DNA of 32,000 bases from Halogeometricum borinquense DSM 11551 (GTDB lineage Archaea; Halobacteriota; Halobacteria; Halobacteriales; Haloferacaceae), in the NCBI RefSeq assembly GCF_000172995.2, contig NC_014729.1, forward strand, positions 2,610,001 through 2,642,000, written 5' to 3'. Positions 1 through 8,815 of the stretch are shown here, piece by piece. Position numbers and translations under genes: made by a program. The first letter of the stretch is position 1, and every line of letters starts with the position of its first letter. The notes under the pieces were generated by a model. It was not told the DNA's origin and made no database searches. It was given only the letters and a program-made list of their open reading frames with translations.

Positions 1-1170
1 GACGGGGTTGCAAAACACACACCGCTCGACTACTCACACACATTCACCGAGATGACCGGTGCGTCAGTCCACCTGAAACTGGAGAACCACCAGCGCACTG
101 GGTCGTTCAAGATTCGCGGCGCAATGAACCGCATCACGACGCTCTCGGAGGCGGAAAAAGAGGCCGGCGTGGTAACCGCGAGTGCGGGGAACCACGCGCA
201 GGGCGTCGCTCTCGCCGCCACTCGGGCGGGTGTCGATTCGAAGGTCGTGATGCCCGAACACGCACCGATCTCGAAAGTGAAGGCGACCCGGCGGTACGGC
301 GCTGAAACGGTTCTGTACGGGGCGGACTACGACGAGGCCCAGCAACGTGCCCACGAGATAGAAGACGAGGAGAACCGAACCTACGTCCACGCGTTCGACG
401 ACGAGTACGTGATGGCCGGGCAGGGAACTATCGGCCTCGAAATCGTCGATGACTGTCCGGATGTCGAGACGGTTGTCGTCCCCATCGGCGGCGGCGGCCT
501 CATCTCCGGCATCTCCACGGCGGTGAAAGAACAACTGTCCGACGTGCGCGTCATCGGCGTCGAAGCGGAGGGTGCATCGAGCGTCGCCACCTCGTTGCAG
601 AAGGGTTCGGTACACGAACTCGACAGCGTGAACACCATCGCCGACGGCATCGCCACGCGCCGCGTCGGCGACAAGCCGTTCGAGGTCATCGAAAAGTACG
701 TAGACGAAGTTGTGACCGTCTCCGACGAGGAAATCGCCGTCACGCTCACGTACCTCCTCGAACGCTCGAAGACGCTCGTCGAAGGCGCGGGTGCCGTCGC
801 GCTCGCCGCTCTCCTCTTCGAGAAGTTCGACTTCACGAAAGACGAAGTCATCGTTCCCGCTCTCTGCGGCGGTAACATCGACATGAACCAACTCACGACC
901 GTCGTCATGCGCGGTCTCGTGGAGACGGGGCGCTATCTGAAGGTGCGGACGGTGTTGAAAGACCAACCCGGCGCGCTTCACGACCTACTGACGATCATCG
1001 CGGAGGAACAGGCGAACATTTACGCCATCCGTCACGACCGGACCTCCCGGGAAATCGGGATGAACGAGACGGACGTGGAACTCGACTTGGAGACGCGCGG
1101 TCACGACCACGTCGAGACGTTACTGTCGGCGCTCCGCGAGAAGGGCTACCGCGTGGACGTACTCGTCTAA
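1..1170 (+). CDS. ilvA: Threonine ammonia-lyase (threonine dehydratase), PLP-dependent; 5'-partial at the window edge
   Basis: Frame 1 is open from base 1 (..TPLDYSHTFTEMTGASVHLKLENHQRTGSFKIRGA). It has the PLP-lysine motif SFKIRGA, a GGGGL glycine loop and a C-terminal ACT-like domain. The track start at 52 is therefore internal. Confidence 0.9.
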   Translation, partial: DGVAKHTPLDYSHTFTEMTGASVHLKLENHQRTGSFKIRGAMNRITTLSEAEKEAGVVTASAGNHAQGVALAATRAGVDSKVVMPEHAPISKVKATRRYGAETVLYGADYDEAQQRAHEIEDEENRTYVHAFDDEYVMAGQGTIGLEIVDDCPDVETVVVPIGGGGLISGISTAVKEQLSDVRVIGVEAEGASSVATSLQKGSVHELDSVNTIADGIATRRVGDKPFEVIEKYVDEVVTVSDEEIAVTLTYLLERSKTLVEGAGAVALAALLFEKFDFTKDEVIVPALCGGNIDMNQLTTVVMRGLVETGRYLKVRTVLKDQPGALHDLLTIIAEEQANIYAIRHDRTSREIGMNETDVELDLETRGHDHVETLLSALREKGYRVDVLV

Positions 1171-1220
1171 GATCGTCTCGGGTCGCTAACCACCCTGTAC
1201 GACAACCTGCTCGGACTGAT

Positions 1221-1250
1221 TCATTCTCGACGTGATCATTCTCGACGTGA
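1221..1250. repeat. Perfect tandem direct repeat, 2 x 15 bp (tcattctcgacgtga)
   Basis: Copies at 1221-1235 and 1236-1250 are identical. They lie in the ilvA-cydA intergenic region, 134-163 nt upstream of the cydA ATG. Confidence 0.95.
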
Positions 1251-1383
1251 GACTGCGCTGTCGGCGACCCAGTACCGACGGTTCCCAATAGCTGAGAACC
1301 ATTCATCACCCTTTGTCGCCGTACTCGCTAGAATTATTGAGTGCAGTAGTGGATTTTTCCCACTCGCACGCGACAGACCGCCA

Positions 1384-2805
1384 ATGATAGATCCAGTCAT
1401 CGCTAGTCGACTGCAGTTCGCACTGACGACCATTGTTCACATCATCTTCCCGGTGATGAGTATGGGTCTTGCGCCGTTTCTCGTCTACTTTACGTGGCGT
1501 GAGATACGCTCCGATGACCCGGTGTACGAGCAGTTGCGACGGTTCTGGACGAAGATTTTCGCCGTCTCGTTCGTCGTCGGTACCGTCACGGGCATCGTGT
1601 TGGAGTTCGAGTTCGGGACGAACTTCGCCGCCTTCTCTACGGTGACCGGCGAACTGTTCGGCGGCCCACTCGCCACCGAGGGGATGATGGCGTTCATGCT
1701 GGAAGCGACGTTCCTCGGCGTGTTCGTTTTCGGTCGCGAGAAGGTCTCTGACGCCCTCTACATGGTGTCGGCCGTCGCCGTCGGCCTCGGGACGTGGCTC
1801 TCGGCCGTCTGGATTCTCGTCGCCAACTCGTGGATGCAGACACCGCGCGGGTTCGAGATGGTGACGAAGAACGGCCAATCTATCGTCTCGCTCGTAGATC
1901 CCATCGCCGCCTACGCCAACCCGCGGTTCCCGTGGATGTTCGTCCACATGCAGAACGCCGCCGTCCTCTCGGTCGCGCTGTTCATGGCGGGCATCGCCGC
2001 CTACCACGTCTTCAGACACTACCACTGGGAGTATCCGGTGCAGAACGTTGCATTCTGGGAGAAGACACTGAAGATTGCTATCGTCGTTCTCGTCCTCACC
2101 GCACCGTTCCAAGTGCTCCACGGCGACGCCTACGCGCGGCACGTCGCGGATACGCAACCGCAGAAGTTCGCCGCAATGGAGGCCGTCTGGGAGACAGAGA
2201 GTTACGTTCCGGAGTACATCATCGCGGTGCCGACGAACCTCGAAGACCTGACGGATCCACGAGCGAAGGAGCTACTCGGGGTGGGGATACCCGGCGGGGC
2301 GTCGTGGTTGGTCAGTGGGGGTGATCCGACGGCGACCATCACCGGCTTGAACGAGTTCGAGACGGAGGCGCCACCGGTGGCCATCGTCTTTTGGTCGTTC
2401 CGCCTGATGGTCGGTCTCGGCTTCTGGTTCATCGTACTCGCATTCTGGGCGGCCTACCGGTGGTGGCGGGGCGAACTCCGCGAGGACGACCTGTTGCACA
2501 AGTCGCTCATGGTCTCATCGCTGCTCGGCATCCTCGCCGTCGAGGTGGGGTGGATAGTGACCGAAGTCGGGCGACAACCCTGGGTCGTCCAAGGCGTCAT
2601 GAAGACGGCCGACGGTGTCTCGCCGGGGCTGAGCGGTTTCGATGCGACAGTGACGCTCGTCGGGTTCGCCGTCGTCTACCTCGGTCTGCTGACGCTGTAC
2701 GGATACGTCGTCGCTCGTATCATTCGAGCGGGACCGCCAACGATGGCGGAAAGCGAACAGATGACGCTCGACGATGCGACGGCATCCGCCGCGGGGGATG
2801 ACTGA
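1384..2805 (+). CDS. cydA: Cytochrome bd ubiquinol/menaquinol oxidase subunit I
   Basis: 473 aa polytopic membrane protein with CydA-type N-terminus (RLQFALTTIVHIIFP), a periplasmic Q-loop region and the GRQPW motif. Its stop overlaps the cydB start by 1 nt. Confidence 0.95.
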   Translation: MIDPVIASRLQFALTTIVHIIFPVMSMGLAPFLVYFTWREIRSDDPVYEQLRRFWTKIFAVSFVVGTVTGIVLEFEFGTNFAAFSTVTGELFGGPLATEGMMAFMLEATFLGVFVFGREKVSDALYMVSAVAVGLGTWLSAVWILVANSWMQTPRGFEMVTKNGQSIVSLVDPIAAYANPRFPWMFVHMQNAAVLSVALFMAGIAAYHVFRHYHWEYPVQNVAFWEKTLKIAIVVLVLTAPFQVLHGDAYARHVADTQPQKFAAMEAVWETESYVPEYIIAVPTNLEDLTDPRAKELLGVGIPGGASWLVSGGDPTATITGLNEFETEAPPVAIVFWSFRLMVGLGFWFIVLAFWAAYRWWRGELREDDLLHKSLMVSSLLGILAVEVGWIVTEVGRQPWVVQGVMKTADGVSPGLSGFDATVTLVGFAVVYLGLLTLYGYVVARIIRAGPPTMAESEQMTLDDATASAAGDD

Positions 2806-3851
2806 TGACGGCGTTGCTTTCAGCGGCGTCTGGAACCGTGACACTTCAGACGTACGGACTCGCGGACGGGCCACTGTTCGGGCTTCCGCTGCCCGAGATG
2901 TGGTTCGCGCTGGTGTTTTTCATCCTCGGGACGTTTCTGTTCCTCGACGGATTCGACTTCGGGGTTGGGGCGATCTTCGCCACGCGTGAGGACGAAGACG
3001 AACGGGAGCAGTTGCTGTCGGCTATCGGGCCGTTCTGGGACGGTAACGAAGTGTGGTTGGTCGTCTTCGGCGGTGCGTTGTTCGCCGCGTTCCCGGCGGT
3101 GTACGCGAACCTGTTCAGCCGCAACTACCTTCTGATGTTCGCCATTCTCGGGGCACTCATCATGCGCGGCCTCGCCCCCGAAATGTACGAACAACGGCAC
3201 GACGAATCGTGGCAACGCTGGTGGGGCCGCGCGTTCGTCGCCGGAAGCGTTCTCGCGCCGTTCTTCCTCGGCGTCTTCGCAGCCAACTGGTTCCTCGGTG
3301 CGACGACGCTCGTCTCGTTGGCATCCATTGTCGTCGGTGTCGCCGTCGTCGCGCTCACCGTCGTCAGCGGGGCGGCGTTCCTCGGACTGAAGACGCGCGG
3401 GTCGCTCAGAGACGAAACGGTGAGATACGGACCGCCCGCACTCGTCGCCTACCTCGGACTCGTCGTCGTCGCCGTCGGCTATCTCCTCCTGACTCGTCCG
3501 GCGATGCGGGCGGACCTGCTCGCGGCCCCCTCACTCGGACTCGTCGGATTGAGCGTCGTCCTCGGCGTCGCCTACGTCGTGACGATGCGCCGGGAGCAGT
3601 ACGTGCCGGCATTGGCGGCCGCAGCGGGGTTGACCTACGGTCTCGTCACTCTCGTCGCAACGCTGCTCTACCCGTTTGCGGACCCGGGAAGCGGACTGAC
3701 TGTTTCGACGGCCATCGTCTCGACGCTCCCGTTGAACCTCATGAGCATCGCGTCTGCCCTGCTCTTACCGCTCGTGTTCAGCTACTTCGTCGTCCTGTAC
3801 TCGACGTTCCGAGGACCCGTCGAATCCGGCGAATCGTACGCCGGGGAGTGA
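2805..3851 (+). CDS. cydB: Cytochrome bd oxidase subunit II
   Basis: 348 aa hydrophobic protein translationally coupled to cydA (TGA/ATG overlap at 2803-2807). It has the CydB-like FLDGFDFGVG and WDGNEVWL motifs. Confidence 0.9.
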   Translation: MTALLSAASGTVTLQTYGLADGPLFGLPLPEMWFALVFFILGTFLFLDGFDFGVGAIFATREDEDEREQLLSAIGPFWDGNEVWLVVFGGALFAAFPAVYANLFSRNYLLMFAILGALIMRGLAPEMYEQRHDESWQRWWGRAFVAGSVLAPFFLGVFAANWFLGATTLVSLASIVVGVAVVALTVVSGAAFLGLKTRGSLRDETVRYGPPALVAYLGLVVVAVGYLLLTRPAMRADLLAAPSLGLVGLSVVLGVAYVVTMRREQYVPALAAAAGLTYGLVTLVATLLYPFADPGSGLTVSTAIVSTLPLNLMSIASALLLPLVFSYFVVLYSTFRGPVESGESYAGE

Positions 3852-3903
3852 TACGAACGGTCGTAGTCGCTTACCGATGATCGTCGGCATCCGGTTCTCG
3901 CAG

Positions 3904-3910
3904 TTTTAAG
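3904..3910 (+). promoter_or_regulatory. TATA-like box (ttttaag) for ridA
   Basis: Centred about 28 nt upstream of the ATG at 3935, the spacing typical of leaderless haloarchaeal transcripts. Confidence 0.45.
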
Positions 3911-3934
3911 TCAGCGGGCGATGAGGCGTCGAGT

Positions 3935-4315
3935 ATGAAGCGAACGATCAGTACGGACGATGCCCCCGCGGCAGTGGGTGCGTACAGTCAGGCGACAACG
4001 AACGGTTCGGTTCTGTTTACGGCCGGACAGATCCCCCTGACGCCGGACGGCGAACTCCTCGATGACGAGGACATCGCCACGCAGACGAAACAGTCCCTAG
4101 ACAACGTGATGGCGATCCTCGAATCTGAGGGAGCAGACGCGTCGGACGTACTCAAGGTGAGCGTCTTCCTCGACGACATCGAGGACTTCGACGAGATGAA
4201 CGAGACGTACGCCGACTACTTCGACGAGGAACCGCCGGCACGAAGCGCGCTTGAGGTGGCCAACCTCCCGAAGGGCGTCGGCGTCGAAATCGAAGCCATC
4301 GCAGACATCGAGTAA
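3935..4315 (+). CDS. ridA: RidA/YjgF/L-PSP family reactive enamine/imine deaminase
   Basis: 126 aa with APAAVGAYSQA, FTAGQIP and a C-terminal PARSALEVANLPKGVGVEIEAIA, the canonical RidA family pattern. Confidence 0.9.
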   Translation: MKRTISTDDAPAAVGAYSQATTNGSVLFTAGQIPLTPDGELLDDEDIATQTKQSLDNVMAILESEGADASDVLKVSVFLDDIEDFDEMNETYADYFDEEPPARSALEVANLPKGVGVEIEAIADIE

Positions 4316-4522
4316 GTGCCTTCGCGCGCTCGATCTGCGGGGCTGTGGGGCGTGGTCGGTACGCTTGCCTTCCTCGTCCTCGTCCAGGGCTATCGACTCG
4401 TTGGCGGGTCGCTCGGCCTCGGTATCGGAGCAACCGTCGGTATCGCAGTCGTCATTGCCGTGGTTGTCGGTATCGCGGCGTATGCGACCGAGAGTCGCCT
4501 CGCCACGAAAGGAAGGACTTAA
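4316..4522 (+). CDS. Possible small two-TM membrane protein (hypothetical)
   Basis: GTG-initiated 68-aa ORF directly after the ridA stop, with two hydrophobic segments and GC3-rich codons. I recognise no family, the start is uncertain, and the 3' end overlaps the probable tRNA promoter. Confidence 0.4.
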   Translation: MPSRARSAGLWGVVGTLAFLVLVQGYRLVGGSLGLGIGATVGIAVVIAVVVGIAAYATESRLATKGRT

Positions 4523-4550
4523 ACACGTCAACGCGGTAGTCCGGATTAGA

Positions 4551-4631
4551 GCCGGGATGGCCGAGTGGTAAGGCGCACGCCTGGAAAGCGTGTTCCCTTT
4601 GGGATCCAGGGTTCAAATCCCTGTCCCGGCG
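4551..4631 (+). tRNA. tRNA-Ser (anticodon GGA), class II with long variable arm
   Basis: Manual cloverleaf: acceptor GCCGGGA/TCCCGGC; anticodon stem CACGC/GCGTG with loop CTGGAAA (GGA at 4583-4585); variable arm TCCC-TTT-GGGA; T arm CAGGG-TTCAAAT-CCCTG; discriminator G. CCA is not encoded. Confidence 0.97.
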
Positions 4632-4754
4632 TTTCTCTGCGAACTACCCCGTCAGCGAGGAGTTTTCTCGTCGAGCGGACACGGTTAGTTCACTAACGAC
4701 TCCGAAAGGATTTGAATCAGAGAGCGGCGCGAACGAAGTGAGCGGTGCGGGTGA

Positions 4755-4768
4755 GTTCAAATCCCTGT
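4755..4768 (+). repeat. Exact 14-nt copy of the tRNA-Ser T-loop/T-stem (gttcaaatccctgt); degenerate tRNA 3'-fragment
   Basis: Identical to 4611-4624. The flanks cannot form a T stem (gtgag instead of caggg) or an acceptor stem, so this is not a functional tRNA. Confidence 0.8.
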
Positions 4769-4883
4769 TCGAGGAATTTCAGTAACAGAAATATGTTCTT
4801 AAGAAGAAAACAGAAATGCAGAGTTTCTCATGTGATAACCTCCCAAAGATTGATGGGCACGACGGGAGTACCCATGACTGACA

Positions 4884-5063
4884 ATGCCTGACACGAAGAA
4901 CGGCCGGGAGCAGAAAGGTCGGAACAAACGGAACCAGCTCCAAGAGAGTCTCTATAACGAAGAGATAGAGGCATTGAACACCAACGAAGAACTCCCGTCG
5001 TTCGAGTCCGACAGGACTCGCGGATCGGAGTTCCTCGCCGAGGAACTTCCGGACGACGAGTAA
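4884..5063 (+). CDS. Small charged protein, 59 aa (hypothetical; below the ORF-track cutoff)
   Basis: ATG..TAA ORF MPDTKNGREQKGRNKRNQLQESLYNEEIEALNTNEELPSFESDRTRGSEFLAEELPDDE. It has a basic N-half, an acidic halophile-like C-half and GC3-biased codons, and a T6 run follows 26 nt downstream. Confidence 0.55.
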   Translation: MPDTKNGREQKGRNKRNQLQESLYNEEIEALNTNEELPSFESDRTRGSEFLAEELPDDE

Positions 5064-5088
5064 CCGTCAGTCGAACAGTAGCGTCTCG

Positions 5089-5094
5089 TTTTTT
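5089..5094 (+). terminator. Oligo-T (T6) archaeal-type terminator after the 59-aa ORF
   Basis: cgtctcgttttttcgc; T-tracts are the established archaeal termination signal. Confidence 0.5.
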
Positions 5095-5310
5095 CGCAGA
5101 TAATCCACAGCGATAGCGCCAAGCGGCTGATGAAAGTGACCGATTGAGGGAAGGGTTGTATATAAATGCGGTCGTGAGCGCCCTTATTCCGCAGGCAACG
5201 ACGCCAGTCTGTGCACGCACGAACGACGAGAGAAACGCGATACGTCGGGGACCTTTCGGCCGGTTTCGTGTCTCATGGTGTCAACCCACACGACCCCCAT
5301 AAGCAAAGGA

Positions 5311-5318
5311 TTTATATA
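5311..5318 (+). promoter_or_regulatory. TATA box (tttatata) of the thermosome gene
   Basis: Strong consensus-like TATA 21-28 nt upstream of the ATGs at 5339/5345. Heat-shock-responsive TATA promoters are documented for haloarchaeal cct genes. Confidence 0.7.
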
Positions 5319-5338
5319 GAATCACAAACAATCCTGCG

Positions 5339-7009
<1,671 letters not shown>

Positions 7010-7092
7010 ACGAGGCGCAACACGCCAACTCGATACACGCTCCTTCCCCCCTCGAACTGCCTCGAAAACCATCGGCCGCGCGCCGAACCAGA

Positions 7093-7101
7093 TTTTCTTT
7101 T
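7093..7101 (+). terminator. T-rich tract (ttttctttt) downstream of the thermosome gene
   Basis: The first T-tract after the stop at 7009. Confidence 0.45.
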
Positions 7102-7266
7102 GATAACCGACCCCAGAGCGGTAGTGTCATCAAATTCAATAGAATCACCCAACAGTTCGATTTGAGTCCGAGATTACGACGAGTAAGTGAACTGTGTTCA
7201 AATCTGTTTGCGTTCGTGGAATTGCGTCCGGTTTTAGCATGAACTAAGTATTGCTCCCAGAAACCC

Positions 7267-8277
7267 ATGTACAAGATGCAAACACTGCTGCTGAACAACG
7301 ACGACGTTCACGAAAACGCGAACATGACGGAACTCGTTCCCGCTATCGAGGAGGCGTTCGCCGCCTTCGAACGCGGTGACGCGCAGATGCCCCCGAAATC
7401 GTACATCGACCTGCCGCAGTACAACGGTGACTTCCGGTCGATGCCCGCCTACATGGACGCAGGCGACTGGGACGCCGCAGGCATCAAGTGGGTCAACGTC
7501 CACCCGGACAACGAAGAACAGTTCGACCTGCCCACGGTCATGGGGACGATGGTGTACTCCTCGCCTGAGACGGCGTTCCCCCTCGCACTCATGGACGGGA
7601 CCGAACTGACGATGAAGCGTACGGGTGCGGCCGCCGCCGTCGCCACGGATCACCTCGCCATCGAGGACGCCTCGTCGCTCGGTATCATCGGCGCAGGTGT
7701 CCAGTCGTACACGCAGCTTGAGGCTATCGCCACCGTCCGCGACATTCAGGAAGTCATCGTCTCTGACCTCGACGAGGAGCGTGTCGCCCGCTTCATCGAT
7801 ACCTTCGAGGACGAGTTCGATGTTCGCGCAGGATCCATCGAAGAGGCCGCCTCCTGCGACGTACTCTCGACGGTGACGCCCGTCGAAGACCCCATCGTCT
7901 CCCGCGACGCCGTTGGCGACCACACCCACATCAACGCGATGGGTGCAGACGCCGAAGGCAAGCACGAACTCGCAGACGAGGTACTCCTCGATGCGAAGCT
8001 CGTCATTGACGACCACGAACAGACGACCCACTCCGGCGAGATTAACGTCCCCTACAACGAGGGCGTCCTCTCGGACGACGACATTCACGCCGCAATCGGG
8101 GAAATCGTCGTCGGCGACGAAGAGGGTCGCACGGACGAGGACGGAATCTCCGTCTTCGACTCGACGGGACTTGCGATTCAGGACGTCGCCGCGGCGCACA
8201 TCGTCTACGAACACGCCCGCGAGAACGACAACGGATACGAGTTCGACCTGCTCGGTCTCTCCGGCCGCGACGACTAA
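7267..8277 (+). CDS. Ornithine cyclodeaminase / mu-crystallin family NAD(P) enzyme (possibly archaeal-type alanine dehydrogenase)
   Basis: 336 aa with LTMKRTGAAAAVAT, Rossmann motif IIGAGVQS and INAMGAD, all typical of the OCD/mu-crystallin family. Substrate cannot be assigned from sequence alone. Confidence 0.85.
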   Translation: MYKMQTLLLNNDDVHENANMTELVPAIEEAFAAFERGDAQMPPKSYIDLPQYNGDFRSMPAYMDAGDWDAAGIKWVNVHPDNEEQFDLPTVMGTMVYSSPETAFPLALMDGTELTMKRTGAAAAVATDHLAIEDASSLGIIGAGVQSYTQLEAIATVRDIQEVIVSDLDEERVARFIDTFEDEFDVRAGSIEEAASCDVLSTVTPVEDPIVSRDAVGDHTHINAMGADAEGKHELADEVLLDAKLVIDDHEQTTHSGEINVPYNEGVLSDDDIHAAIGEIVVGDEEGRTDEDGISVFDSTGLAIQDVAAAHIVYEHARENDNGYEFDLLGLSGRDD

Positions 8278-8301
8278 GTCACAAAAAGCTACTCAGTCGT
8301 C
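8269..8301. terminator. Shared hairpin between convergent genes; both stop codons lie in the stem
   Basis: gacgactaagt / actcagtcgtc pair at 10 of 11 positions around an A-rich loop (cacaaaaagct). The stem includes TAA 8275-8277 (+) and TAG 8289-8291 (-). Confidence 0.45.
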
Positions 8302-8510
8302 CCACCGTTCCGACCGGCGAGGTAGTCGAGAAGTTTGGCTACCGCCCACACCGCCACAGCGAACGGGAGCAGTGGTACCAGAAGGGCAACCATGACGAGA
8401 AACATCGCCCATCCGAGGGAGTTCATTTCAGTGTTCGGACGAGGTTTGTAACCCGGCGTCACCGTTCTGTACGCACGTCGTAACGTACCCGGGGATTCTT
8501 CCTCAGTCAT
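8289..8510 (-). CDS. Small membrane protein, 73 aa (hypothetical)
   Basis: Internal ATG of the 104-aa track ORF: MTEEESPGTLRRAY... with an acidic N-terminus and one long hydrophobic segment (LGWAMFLVMVALLVPLLPFAVAVWAVA). The upstream 31 residues are basic and look non-coding. Confidence 0.5.
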   Translation of the reverse strand: MTEEESPGTLRRAYRTVTPGYKPRPNTEMNSLGWAMFLVMVALLVPLLPFAVAVWAVAKLLDYLAGRNGGTTE

Positions 8511-8551
8511 AGAACCCGATACGCGTGCGGAGGCAATGTGAGTTTGCCTTG

Positions 8552-8686
8552 TTAGAGTGACCGCCATTTGGTCCGTTCGGACCGGTCGCCGCACTCGGGG
8601 CATTCGAACGTCTTGTGATCTTCACAGTCAGACCCGCGACGTGATTCCACCCGGTGCATCTCGACGTCACACTCCGAACAATGCAT
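8552..8686 (-). CDS. Small CPxCG-type zinc-ribbon protein, 44 aa (below the ORF-track cutoff)
   Basis: MHCSECDVEMHRVESRRGSDCEDHKTFECPECGDRSERTKWRSL, with C-x2-C ... C-x2-C pairs (CSEC, CPEC). TATA-like tgatatt lies about 30 nt upstream. Confidence 0.6.
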   Translation of the reverse strand: MHCSECDVEMHRVESRRGSDCEDHKTFECPECGDRSERTKWRSL

Positions 8687-8779
8687 ACCAACTTGTTACG
8701 ACAGCTGAATATCAATCTAGGTAACTAGATGGAAGTAAAATCGAAGCCATCACCTGCGAATAGTCGCCGTTTTCGAACC

Positions 8780-8815
8780 AAAAATCGAAGCCGAGAATCA
8801 GCTATTCGGCTTCGA
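8780..8815 (-). terminator. Hairpin plus T5 terminator of leuS
   Basis: On the minus strand tcgaagccga (8815-8806, overlapping the stop codon) pairs with tcggcttcga (8794-8785) and is followed by TTTTT (8784-8780). Confidence 0.65.

Noticed and set aside
1348-1364. Inverted repeat agtgg-n7-ccact upstream of cydA as an ORB-like origin element
   Set aside because: The arms are only 5 bp. There is no resemblance to the haloarchaeal ORB consensus, no cdc6/orc gene nearby and no repeated copies.
2278-2321. G-quadruplex-like run (four G4-5 tracts) inside cydA
   Set aside because: The loops are 1, 9 and 17 nt, which is poorly stable. Such runs are expected by chance in GC-rich coding DNA encoding Gly and Trp.
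5127-5190. Possible C/D-box sRNA (ctgatga at 5127-5133)
   Set aside because: No CUGA D or D' boxes occur at the required spacing, and no terminal stem is present. The single box match is expected by chance.
4828-5220. 130-aa minus-strand ORF in the tRNA-thermosome gap
   Set aside because: Its Arg/Ser/Cys-rich composition is atypical for a halophile. It overlaps the better-supported 59-aa plus-strand ORF and that ORF's T6 terminator.
4632-5338. SRP 7S RNA or another structured RNA gene next to tRNA-Ser, a linkage known in some archaea
   Set aside because: The region is AT-rich and lacks the GC-rich helices and conserved 5' sequence expected of an archaeal 7S RNA.
7196-7204. A second gttcaaatc match as a distal att partner of the tRNA-Ser 3' end
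   Set aside because: Only 9 nt match. The intervening DNA would be essentially just the core thermosome gene, and no integrase or mobile genes are present.
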